The translations under genes and the position numbers were made by a program. Under the pieces are notes generated by a model that had not been told where the DNA came from, did no database searches, and was given only the letters and a program-made list of their open reading frames with translations. A stretch of DNA of 32,900 bases, from positions 1 to 32,900 of the forward strand of contig JAFVBU010000304.1 of NCBI GenBank assembly GCA_017479805.1. Direction: 5' to 3'. Shown here piece by piece: positions 11,701 through 18,867 of this stretch. Origin of the DNA: Ruminococcus sp. Lineage in GTDB: Bacteria; Bacillota; Clostridia; Oscillospirales; Ruminococcaceae. Every line of letters begins with the position of its first letter. The first letter of the stretch is position 1.

Positions 11701-12286
11701 AGAGGTATCCGAAAGGTACACTTTCATGTCCGAACAGATAGCGGATATACAGAAGTCAAAGGCTGAACTGGAGAAGATAATCACCGACCTCACTGAGGAA
11801 ATGTGCAGAATATTCTCCGACAGCTTCCGCATAATCAATTCCAACTTCAAGGAGATATTTGTCGAGTTGTTCGGCGGCGGCAAGGCTGAGCTGATACTCA
11901 CCGACCCCGAGAACGTTCTCGAATCGGGCATAGAGATAAGCGTAGCGCCACCAGGAAAGGTCATAAAGAACCTTATATCCCTTTCGGGCGGAGAGCAGTC
12001 ATTTGTGGCTATAGCGATATATTTCGCTATTCTCAGGCTGAGACCTGCGCCGTTCTGTATCCTTGACGAGATAGACGCCGCTCTCGATGAAGTAAATGTT
12101 AAAAAATATGCACAGTACCTGAAAAATTTCACCGACACCACCCAGTTCGTGCTGGTAACTCACAGACGAAGCGCAATGGAGGAAGCAAACGTCCTCTATG
12201 GTGTCACCATGCAGGAGGACGGCATTTCCAAACTGCTGAAAATGGAACAGGTGGATTTCCAGGAGGACGTGGCAGACATACAGTAA
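8714..12286 (+). CDS. smc: Chromosome segregation protein SMC
   Basis: Walker A GPNGSGKSN, long coiled coils, hinge GRATFLP, signature LSGGE, Walker B LDEIDAALD. Confidence 0.98.
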   Translation: MYLKSLEIQGFKSFPDKISLTFDKGLTAVVGPNGSGKSNIGDSVRWVLGEQSTKTLRGNKMEDVIFSGTVARKPMGFAAVTLNIDNSDKTLADMEDEVAVTRKLYRSGESEYLINGRSCRLKDINELFMDTGLGRDGYSIIGQGRIAEIVGAKSNERRDIFEEAAGISKFRYKKMEAERKLTAAQENLLRLSDILSELEGRVGPLKTQAEKAERFIRLAEQRKKLEISVWVNRLDDLREKLDKLDEKVLVSKNEYENIENDIQHEEEKIQDAIRKMQESTIRQDELRKKMIEEEQSASGMKSEIAVFENDIKHCTEAIENAKKSIQNADGTRKRLERERKAAEEKLERLKEAKKAVEAEIAQTQKEFADAERESSQLGDSVDKAGSEINSLYIKRSEYKFAEETAEKTIEEQNKRLAELRESSTDVEKSLADYQAKTEESKAELQKNTEKTEELKNRLSGLQKLYDSRKAGFEQAKSDFERVIFDLKGKQQRRKILNDLENNMEGFAGSVKQVLKASKQGRIGGIYGTVAQNIGVSPEYAVAVETALGGAMQNIIVENEDIAKRCIRFLKEQKGGRATFLPITSVRGNELREQGLENCEGFVANANRIVTYDPKFSGIIASLLGRIVIAEDIDTATVIAKKYGYKFRIVTLDGQVINAGGSFTGGSAQRSGGVITRKNEIDTLDAEIEKLTKEKDALSANAEKLRAESAKLGYDTEAAKDELNRCESDRVRINAELSSLGSLMEQVKAQSENSGRLVEEAEQRIASAKQTIADSQKSLTETDALIKEAEAKLAEGQGVREKLRLKRAELSEKLSAQKIQGMSTEKDVEAQEAEISRIERDIEELKYGDRQYEDEIARQNELIAEKKAAIEKLKADLDGFKDNTQSYNAEISRYQAMHTEQSRLVNEMQKGLKETNEAKEKLSAEVTRLEERREANLRDTDNIIRQLSENYQLTRSEAVQLAEKIEDITQAQRELNDVKNKIRALGSVNVDAIEEYREVSERYTFMSEQIADIQKSKAELEKIITDLTEEMCRIFSDSFRIINSNFKEIFVELFGGGKAELILTDPENVLESGIEISVAPPGKVIKNLISLSGGEQSFVAIAIYFAILRLRPAPFCILDEIDAALDEVNVKKYAQYLKNFTDTTQFVLVTHRRSAMEEANVLYGVTMQEDGISKLLKMEQVDFQEDVADIQ

Positions 12287-12400
12287 TTCGGGATTCGGAA
12301 TTAGGAATTCGGAATTATGGTGCAGCTTCGCTGAATATTCAAATCATCCGCCGTCAGGCGGAAACCGCAATTCCGAATTACGCATTCCGAATTCCGAATT
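12285..12400. repeat. Heptamer-armed palindromic element, copy 1
   Basis: Four AATTCGG-like heptamers and four CCGAATT-like heptamers form inverted arms around CAG-CTTCG-CTG and TCCGCC-GTCA-GGCGGA hairpins. Confidence 0.85.
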
Positions 12401-12418
12401 GATAAAAGGAGAAATTAT

Positions 12419-13822
12419 ATGGGAATTATCAAGAAGATCGCTGACGGACTGAGAAAGACGAAGGACTTCCTTTTCGGAGGTATCCAGCGTATTCTCAACT
12501 CCTTCACGGAAATAGACGACGAGCTTTTTGAACAGCTCGAAGAACAGATGATAATGAGCGATATCGGTGTTGAAACATCCGAGGAGATCTGCGAACAGCT
12601 CCGCAAAAAGATCAAGGAGAGAGGTATTACCGATCCGCAGGAGATAATGGAGCTCATACATGAGGTAGTTTCCGAGATGATGGGCGACGATACGGGGCTC
12701 GACCTGAGCATATCGCCTGCTGTTATCATGGTCATTGGTGTAAACGGCGCAGGCAAGACCACCACCATCGGCAAGCTGAGCCACCAGTTCAAGCAGGAGG
12801 GCAAAAAGGTACTCGTTGCGGCGGCTGATACGTTCCGTGCGGCAGTTATCGACCAGCTACAGGTTTGGACTGACAGGGCAGGCGTTGACATAGTAAAGCA
12901 CGCAGAGGGCTCAGACCCGGGCGCTGTTGTGTATGATGCCCTCGATGCGGCACAGGCAAGAGGATGCGACGTTGTTATCATCGACACCGCAGGACGACTT
13001 CACAACAAGAAGAATCTCCTGGATGAGCTTGCGAAGATAAACCGTATCATCGACAAGAAAGCCCCCGACAGCTCACGTGAGGTACTGCTGGTGCTGGACG
13101 CTACAACAGGTCAGAATGCCGTTAATCAGGCGAGACTTTTCAGCGAAACAGCGCCTATTTCGGGTATTGTTCTCACAAAGCTGGACGGTACTGCAAAGGG
13201 CGGTATCGTTATATCCATCAAGAATGAGCTGGGCATTCCCGTAAAGCTCATTGGTATCGGCGAGAAGATAGAGGACTTACAGCCTTTCAACAGCAGGGAC
13301 TTCGTGGACGCTCTGTTCGCTATGCCCGAGGCATTTGAAGAAGCTGAGGAAGAAGCAGAGGGCGAGGAGGTTCTCGGCGAGTACAACGAGTACGGCGAGT
13401 TCGTGCCTTATGAGACTGAGGAAGTGCTCGGCGAATACAACGAATACGGCGAATTTGTTCCTTATGAGACCGCAGAGGAGGACGATGAGGAAGAATATGC
13501 CGAGGACGACGAGTATGAGGAGACCGAGGAAGAAGCTGAGTCTGAGGATGAATCTGAGGAAGAAGACGAAGCAGACGAGGAAGAAGCTGAAACTGAGGAT
13601 GAGGCTGAAATAGAGCCTGAGACCGAGGAAGAAGAATCCGACGAGGACGAAGCCGAGGCTGACGAAGAAGCAGAGGAAGAAGAAAACGAAGCTGAGGAAG
13701 AATCCGAAGACGAGACTGAGGAGGAGACCGAGGAAGAAGCTCCTGCACCCGAGCCGGAGAAGAAGAAAAAGCGTGGATTCTTCAGCAGACTGTTCGGCAG
13801 AAAGGGCGATGACGATGAATAA
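12419..13822 (+). CDS. ftsY: SRP receptor FtsY with a long acidic C-terminal extension
   Basis: [28 protein letters not shown] and [10 protein letters not shown] motifs; ~165-aa Glu/Asp-rich tail. Confidence 0.97.
   Translation: MGIIKKIADGLRKTKDFLFGGIQRILNSFTEIDDELFEQLEEQMIMSDIGVETSEEICEQLRKKIKERGITDPQEIMELIHEVVSEMMGDDTGLDLSISPAVIMVIGVNGAGKTTTIGKLSHQFKQEGKKVLVAAADTFRAAVIDQLQVWTDRAGVDIVKHAEGSDPGAVVYDALDAAQARGCDVVIIDTAGRLHNKKNLLDELAKINRIIDKKAPDSSREVLLVLDATTGQNAVNQARLFSETAPISGIVLTKLDGTAKGGIVISIKNELGIPVKLIGIGEKIEDLQPFNSRDFVDALFAMPEAFEEAEEEAEGEEVLGEYNEYGEFVPYETEEVLGEYNEYGEFVPYETAEEDDEEEYAEDDEYEETEEEAESEDESEEEDEADEEEAETEDEAEIEPETEEEESDEDEAEADEEAEEEENEAEEESEDETEEETEEEAPAPEPEKKKKRGFFSRLFGRKGDDDE
13364..13471 (+). 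repeat. 54-bp tandem duplication encoding [18 protein letters not shown] twice
   Basis: Two copies with identical peptide and 8 synonymous nucleotide differences. Confidence 0.95.
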
Positions 13823-14387
13823 GAAGCTGGTCATGGCTACCAATAATGCCAACAAGCTCCGTGAAGCAAGGGAGATACTCGCACCGCTGGGCATTGAGGT
13901 CATTTCTCAGCGTGAAGCAGGTGCGGACTGCGAGCCCGAGGAAAACGGTACTACCTTTGCGGAAAATGCCCTTATCAAGGCAAAAGCGGTATATGATGCG
14001 GTAAAACTGCCAACAATAGCAGATGACAGCGGTCTCTGCGTGAACGCTCTTGACGGCAGACCCGGGGTGTACTCCGCAAGATATGCATCGAAGGGTCAGG
14101 AGTGTCAAAAGCTCCTTGACGAGATGAAGGACGTTCCCGATGATAAGAGAACAGCTTCATTTCAGTGTACAATTGCCTATATCGACGAAAACGGCGAAAC
14201 GACCATGAGCGGCGAGTGCAGAGGTGCGATCGGTTATGAGATGCGTGGAACTAACGGTTTCGGCTACGACCCTGTGTTCATGGTGGGCGAGCGTACAATG
14301 GCAGAGCTTACCGCAGATGAGAAAAACGCCATAAGCCACAGAGGTGCGGCACTGAAAGCGCTTTATGATCATTTATCAACGAAATAA
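13815..14387 (+). CDS. rdgB: Non-canonical purine NTP pyrophosphatase (RdgB/HAM1)
   Basis: ATNNANK, ENALIKA, DDSGL, PGVYSARY, GFGYDPVF and KNAISHRG motifs. Start at ATG 13815 (or 13809), overlapping the ftsY stop. Confidence 0.95.
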   Translation: MNKKLVMATNNANKLREAREILAPLGIEVISQREAGADCEPEENGTTFAENALIKAKAVYDAVKLPTIADDSGLCVNALDGRPGVYSARYASKGQECQKLLDEMKDVPDDKRTASFQCTIAYIDENGETTMSGECRGAIGYEMRGTNGFGYDPVFMVGERTMAELTADEKNAISHRGAALKALYDHLSTK

Positions 14388-14399
14388 AAGGAGTAAACT

Positions 14400-14702
14400 A
14401 TGCTTACAAGCAAACAAAGAGCGTACCTGCGTGGTATCGCTTCAACATACGAAACTATCTATCAGATAGGCAAGGGCGGTGTTACCGAGGCTATGTGCAA
14501 GGACATTGCCGAGGCGCTCCGCAAGAGAGAGCTGATAAAGCTGAGAGTTCTGGAGAATTCGGGATGGACTGCAAGAGAAGCCGCTGACGCTGTTGCTGAG
14601 CAGACAGGCGCTGACGTTGTGCAGGTAATCGGTTCAAAGTTCGTGCTTTTCAAGCGCAACGAGAAAGATCCCGTTATCGAGAATATCCCAAAGGCTAAGT
14701 AA
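14400..14702 (+). CDS. yhbY: YhbY (CRM-domain) RNA-binding protein
   Basis: LTSKQRAYLR, QIGKGG, ELIK and VQVIG motifs. Confidence 0.95.
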   Translation: MLTSKQRAYLRGIASTYETIYQIGKGGVTEAMCKDIAEALRKRELIKLRVLENSGWTAREAADAVAEQTGADVVQVIGSKFVLFKRNEKDPVIENIPKAK

Positions 14703-14703
14703 A

Positions 14704-15045
14704 ATGATACTCTACAGACCCGTAGGCGAAAAGGAGCTTGAACTCATAGCCGAAAGCGGCTACAGAGCCTTTCCTCCGAGACTTCCCGACCAGCCCATTT
14801 TCTACCCCGTTCTCAACGAGAAATATGCCCGTGAGATTGCGGAGAAATGGAACGCAGTAGGCGGAAACAAGGGCTACGTCACACGTTTTGAGGCGGAGGA
14901 CGGCTTCTGCGGAAGATATCAGGTGCAGACCGTGGGACGAAGCTATCATCAGGAGCTTTGGGTGCCTGCGGAGGAGCTTGAGGAGTTCAACCGCCATATC
15001 ATTGGCAGAATAGAAATAACAGCGGAATTCGGAGGAAAAGCATGA
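14704..15045 (+). CDS. Conserved hypothetical protein (family often labelled 'ADP-ribosylation/crystallin J1')
   Basis: LYRPVGEKEL, FPPRLPDQPIFYPV and HQELWVPAEELEEFN motifs recognised from memory; function unverified. Confidence 0.7.
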   Translation: MILYRPVGEKELELIAESGYRAFPPRLPDQPIFYPVLNEKYAREIAEKWNAVGGNKGYVTRFEAEDGFCGRYQVQTVGRSYHQELWVPAEELEEFNRHIIGRIEITAEFGGKA

Positions 15046-15101
15046 TTGTACTTACGAACCGCAAAGGCTGGACGCAGGGCAAGCGTCCGTGGAGGTGACA
15101 T

Positions 15102-16322
15102 ATGCGTATCGGAATATACGGCGGCAGCTTCAACCCCGTCCACAACGGGCATATCCATCTGGCGAGAACGGCTATGAAGGATCTGGGGATAGACAGGCTT
15201 TTTCTCATGCCGTCGAAAATTTCTCCACACCGCTCGGGGGACGAGTACGTTTCCGAGGAGGACAGGCTGGAAATGCTGCGCCTTGCGGTGGCAGACGAGA
15301 AGAACATGGAGGTCTCGGACTTTGAGCTGAAAAACGACCGTGTAAGCTATACTGTCTACACCGTCGAGCATTTCCGCAGCCTTTACCCCGAGGACGAGCT
15401 TTGTCTGCTGGTGGGCAGCGATATGCTTCTCTGCTTCGACACGTGGTATCGCTTCGAGGACATCCTCTCACAGGTGACATTGTGCGTAGTTTCGAGGAAT
15501 AAGGGCGATATGGAGCAGCTAAGGGAAAAGGCTTCATACCTCAGTCAGTACGGCTGTATACGCATTTCCGAAGCGCCGCCTATTGAAATTTCATCTACGG
15601 AAATAAGAAAAAATATCGAAAAAAACATCGATTGTACTTGCTATCTTCACAAAAATGTAGTACAATATATAAGATCGAAGGGATTATATTCAGGCAGAGG
15701 TGAAGAAAAAATGCATTACGATCCCGAGGAAAAAAAGAAATTTCTCAAAGCAAAGCTGTCTGCAAAGCGCTACCAGCATTCTCTCAATGTAGCGGATGAA
15801 TGCAGAAAGCTGGCTGTTAAATACGGTGAAGACCCCGAAAAGGCTTATTTTGCAGGACTTCTCCACGATATCTGCAAGGAGCTGCCCGAGGAGGAGCAGC
15901 GTGCACTTGTGGAAGCAAGCGGTTTTGCGGTTTGCAGGGAGGAGCTGGAGACTAAGTCGCTTCTCCACGGCATCGCAGGCGCTTATTTCGTGAAAAAGGA
16001 GTTCGGCGTCGGGGATATCGACATTATCAACGCTATACGTTTCCATACCGTGGGCAGAGCAGGTATGTCAAGGCTGGAGGAGATAGTCTATCTGGGCGAT
16101 CTGGTATCAGCCGAGCGTGACTACAAGGATGTGGACAAGATGAGAAAGCTGGTCTACACCGACCTTGACGAGGCAATGCTTTACGCTATTGAATTTTCCA
16201 TGAAAGCGGTAATGAAAAAGGGCGGAGTTATCCCTATATGTACCGCAGAAGCATACAATTTCTACACAAGGCTGCTTAAAGACAGCAAGGGCAGCCGTGA
16301 ACAGAAGAGGGCGCTTAAATGA
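15102..16322 (+). CDS. nadD: NadD (nicotinate-nucleotide adenylyltransferase)-YqeK (HD-domain Ap4A hydrolase) fusion
   Basis: GGSFNPVHNGH and ISSTEIR (NadD), then RYQHSLNV, LLHDICK, LLHG and IRFHTVG (YqeK) in one frame. Confidence 0.93.
   Translation: MRIGIYGGSFNPVHNGHIHLARTAMKDLGIDRLFLMPSKISPHRSGDEYVSEEDRLEMLRLAVADEKNMEVSDFELKNDRVSYTVYTVEHFRSLYPEDELCLLVGSDMLLCFDTWYRFEDILSQVTLCVVSRNKGDMEQLREKASYLSQYGCIRISEAPPIEISSTEIRKNIEKNIDCTCYLHKNVVQYIRSKGLYSGRGEEKMHYDPEEKKKFLKAKLSAKRYQHSLNVADECRKLAVKYGEDPEKAYFAGLLHDICKELPEEEQRALVEASGFAVCREELETKSLLHGIAGAYFVKKEFGVGDIDIINAIRFHTVGRAGMSRLEEIVYLGDLVSAERDYKDVDKMRKLVYTDLDEAMLYAIEFSMKAVMKKGGVIPICTAEAYNFYTRLLKDSKGSREQKRALK
15638..15666 (+). promoter_or_regulatory. 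Candidate sigma-A promoter inside nadD, ahead of the YqeK half
   Basis: TTGCTA-17 bp-TACAAT in an AT-rich patch; SD GAGGTG at 15697-15702 and in-frame ATG at 15711. Confidence 0.55.
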
Positions 16323-17989
16323 AGAAAAAGGATAAAAAAAGCGATAACAAAAACGAGATGAAGAAGAAAAAAAGGCGTGCACCCGTGCAGTCAGCTCCAA
16401 ACGAGATAGACACCTATCAGGGACGCTACGGGGCAGAGCCTGACGAGATGAAAGGCGGATATGTCAGGGAGACAGCCGCTTACCGTGGCAAGTATGCCGC
16501 AGACAACAGCAGCGACAACAGGGAATTCGGTCCCGTGACCATTTCCTCCGCCGACGAGGAGGGCTTGCAGTACAGGAGCGACGGCGACTACTACAAGGCA
16601 AAGCACGGTGCAGGGACTCTCAGACCTGCCGCAGAAATGGAAACCACCCGTCCTGATGAGGACTATGAAAGCGACACAGCAGCCGAGGTCATCGAGAGAA
16701 GTCTCCGCAAAGCTGACGAGGTGGTCGAACATGAAAGGCGCAGAGCTGCAAGGGATGCCGCCGCAGGTGCTCCGAAGAAAAAGAGCAGCAAAAAGGGCGG
16801 AAAGAAGCGAAAGAGAGCAAAGACCTCCAACGATACATGGATAAAGTCCGGCTCAATCATCCTCAGCCTTGTGCTGGTTCTCGTTATGCTGCTGAATATG
16901 CCGATACTATGGTACAAAAAGGCAGGACAGCCCGATGAGAGAGTGTCCGTCATAAAGTACTTCAAGCGCTGGCAGCCCACCGTCGAGATCGAGGGCGAGC
17001 TGCACCAGAACACTATGGATCTGAAGATACATACCGATGTAGTTCAGGAGGACTATACAGACGGTCTTGAGCTTCCGCAGCTCGTTGAGGGGCAGTATTC
17101 CGTGCTTTTCGTGGGATTTGACGAAAGCGAGCAGCTTACGGACGTTGTGTGGGTATGTCAGTTCGACATTGGTAACGGTCAGCTCAATATCCTACAGATA
17201 CCCCGTGACCTTGCTGTTCCCGACTACACAAGCAGCGTGACCTGCAAGTTCAACAGCGTCTACATGGAGGGCAACCGCTACATCACTCCGCCTATCCAGC
17301 GTGTGGTAAATGCGGTTCAGGAGAACTTCGGAATACCAATAGATGCCTATATCACCACAGCCTGTTTCGATATTGCAGACATGGTAGACCTTGTGGGCGG
17401 AATCCCCATGCACGTTGAGAACGAGATAATGTATGAGGCTGACAAGATAATCCCCGAGGGCGATGTTACACTTTCGGGCGCACAGGCTGAATGGTTCGTG
17501 CGCTTCCGCCGTGAGTGGTCTGAGGGCGATATCGGACGTATGAAGAATCAGCGTAAATTCATGGCAGCCGCAATGCAGAAGCTGCTGAGCATAGTAAAGG
17601 ACGAGGGCAGGATAAAGCTGTACAGCTATCTCAATCAGGTCTACAAGAACCGGTGGATAGCTACGAATATGAGCCTTGAGGACCTCAGCAAGCTGGCTGA
17701 CTTCGCTTCAACGCTGACTATGGATACGGTAAGAGTGAACATGGTACCGGGCGAGGGAACCAATTACACCGCAGAGGACGGAATGGAGTACAGCTTCTAC
17801 TCCGTGCACAAGTACGCAGCCATCACCATGCTGAACCAGTACTACAGACCCTATCAGCAGAAGCTGTCTCTGGACGACGTAACTCTTGTTGAGTATATCA
17901 AGGACTACAACAACAGAGTATACGACGACACGGGAGCAACTCTCAACGAGGTCGAACAGTCTGATGAACCGAAACGAAATGAATACTGA
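16319..17989 (+). CDS. LytR-CpsA-Psr (LCP) family cell-wall glycopolymer transferase
   Basis: Long charged N-terminus, one TM helix, then LTDVV, LQIPRDL, VDLVGGI and FVRFRR...GDIGRMKNQR. Confidence 0.92.
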   Translation: MKKKDKKSDNKNEMKKKKRRAPVQSAPNEIDTYQGRYGAEPDEMKGGYVRETAAYRGKYAADNSSDNREFGPVTISSADEEGLQYRSDGDYYKAKHGAGTLRPAAEMETTRPDEDYESDTAAEVIERSLRKADEVVEHERRRAARDAAAGAPKKKSSKKGGKKRKRAKTSNDTWIKSGSIILSLVLVLVMLLNMPILWYKKAGQPDERVSVIKYFKRWQPTVEIEGELHQNTMDLKIHTDVVQEDYTDGLELPQLVEGQYSVLFVGFDESEQLTDVVWVCQFDIGNGQLNILQIPRDLAVPDYTSSVTCKFNSVYMEGNRYITPPIQRVVNAVQENFGIPIDAYITTACFDIADMVDLVGGIPMHVENEIMYEADKIIPEGDVTLSGAQAEWFVRFRREWSEGDIGRMKNQRKFMAAAMQKLLSIVKDEGRIKLYSYLNQVYKNRWIATNMSLEDLSKLADFASTLTMDTVRVNMVPGEGTNYTAEDGMEYSFYSVHKYAAITMLNQYYRPYQQKLSLDDVTLVEYIKDYNNRVYDDTGATLNEVEQSDEPKRNEY

Positions 17990-18003
17990 TACAAGAAAGA
18001 GGG

Positions 18004-18369
18004 ATGAAAATGACTGAAAAAGAGAAACTTGAACTTATCGTAAAAACACTTGACCTTAAAAAGGGCGAGGATATACAGGTGCTGAAAATATCCGACCTGA
18101 CCATACTTGCCGACTACTTCGTTATTGTCAACGGTACCAGCAACACCCATGCAAGAACTCTTGCGGACGAGGTTGAGTTCCAGCTTTCACAGAAGGGCAT
18201 CGAACCTGAGCGCAGGGAGTCTGACACGGGCAATACATGGATAATCCTCGACTATGCGGATATTATCGTTCATGTGTTCTACAAGGAGACCCGCAGCTTC
18301 TACAAGCTGGAGGGCGTATGGGCTGACGGAGAACAGGTCGACATCAGTGAATTTATTACAAAGGACTGA
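18004..18369 (+). CDS. rsfS: Ribosome silencing factor RsfS (Iojap)
   Basis: KKGEDI, ADYFVIVNG, WIILDYADIIVHVF and FYKLEGVW motifs. Confidence 0.96.
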   Translation: MKMTEKEKLELIVKTLDLKKGEDIQVLKISDLTILADYFVIVNGTSNTHARTLADEVEFQLSQKGIEPERRESDTGNTWIILDYADIIVHVFYKETRSFYKLEGVWADGEQVDISEFITKD

Positions 18370-18375
18370 TAACCA

Positions 18376-18720
18376 ATGAATATCAAGAATCAGAAAGGAT
18401 TCTCAATATCTGTGGCAATGGCGGCATATGCCGTGATAAAAGGCGTGCTGAACATGATAATAGGCAGCTTTTCACTCAGCGGACTTCTTCTTGCGCTGGC
18501 TATGGCTTGTCTGTTTTTCGTGTGGATAAAGAATGTGAACTACATCACAGCGGCACTTTTAGCAGTTGTGGTGCTGATACATCTGCCTGCGAATCTGGGA
18601 AATATCGGGTCAAACTGGATATATCTCGTTGAAGCGGCAATAGACATAGTATGCGCTGTGCTGCTTGTGACCAACAGCGACGTAAAGGAAAATTACTCAG
18701 GCACTATTAATATGAATTGA
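18376..18720 (+). CDS. Hypothetical membrane protein (~4 TM segments)
   Basis: 114-aa hydrophobic ORF packed within the operon. Confidence 0.75.
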   Translation: MNIKNQKGFSISVAMAAYAVIKGVLNMIIGSFSLSGLLLALAMACLFFVWIKNVNYITAALLAVVVLIHLPANLGNIGSNWIYLVEAAIDIVCAVLLVTNSDVKENYSGTINMN

Positions 18721-18724
18721 TATT

Positions 18725-18837
18725 AATTGAGAATTGAGAATGGAGAATTGAGAATGAATGTGTTCGCATTCGCTCACATATTTAAATAATCGTTCCCGTC
18801 AGGGAACACCATAATTCTCAATTTTACATTCTCAATT
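18725..18837. repeat. Heptamer-armed palindromic element, copy 2
   Basis: Four AATTGAG-like and three CTCAATT-like heptamers form arms around ATGTG...CACAT and GTTCCC-GTCA-GGGAAC hairpins. Confidence 0.85.
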
Positions 18838-18867
18838 CTGTAAAGTTTAGTAAAGGAATGATATGAA

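Noticed and set aside
5508-13903. Long antisense ORFs (e.g. 5508-6311, 7756-8610, 9065-9652, 13277-13903)
   Set aside because: They lie opposite well-supported genes, lack motifs, and are expected from codon bias.
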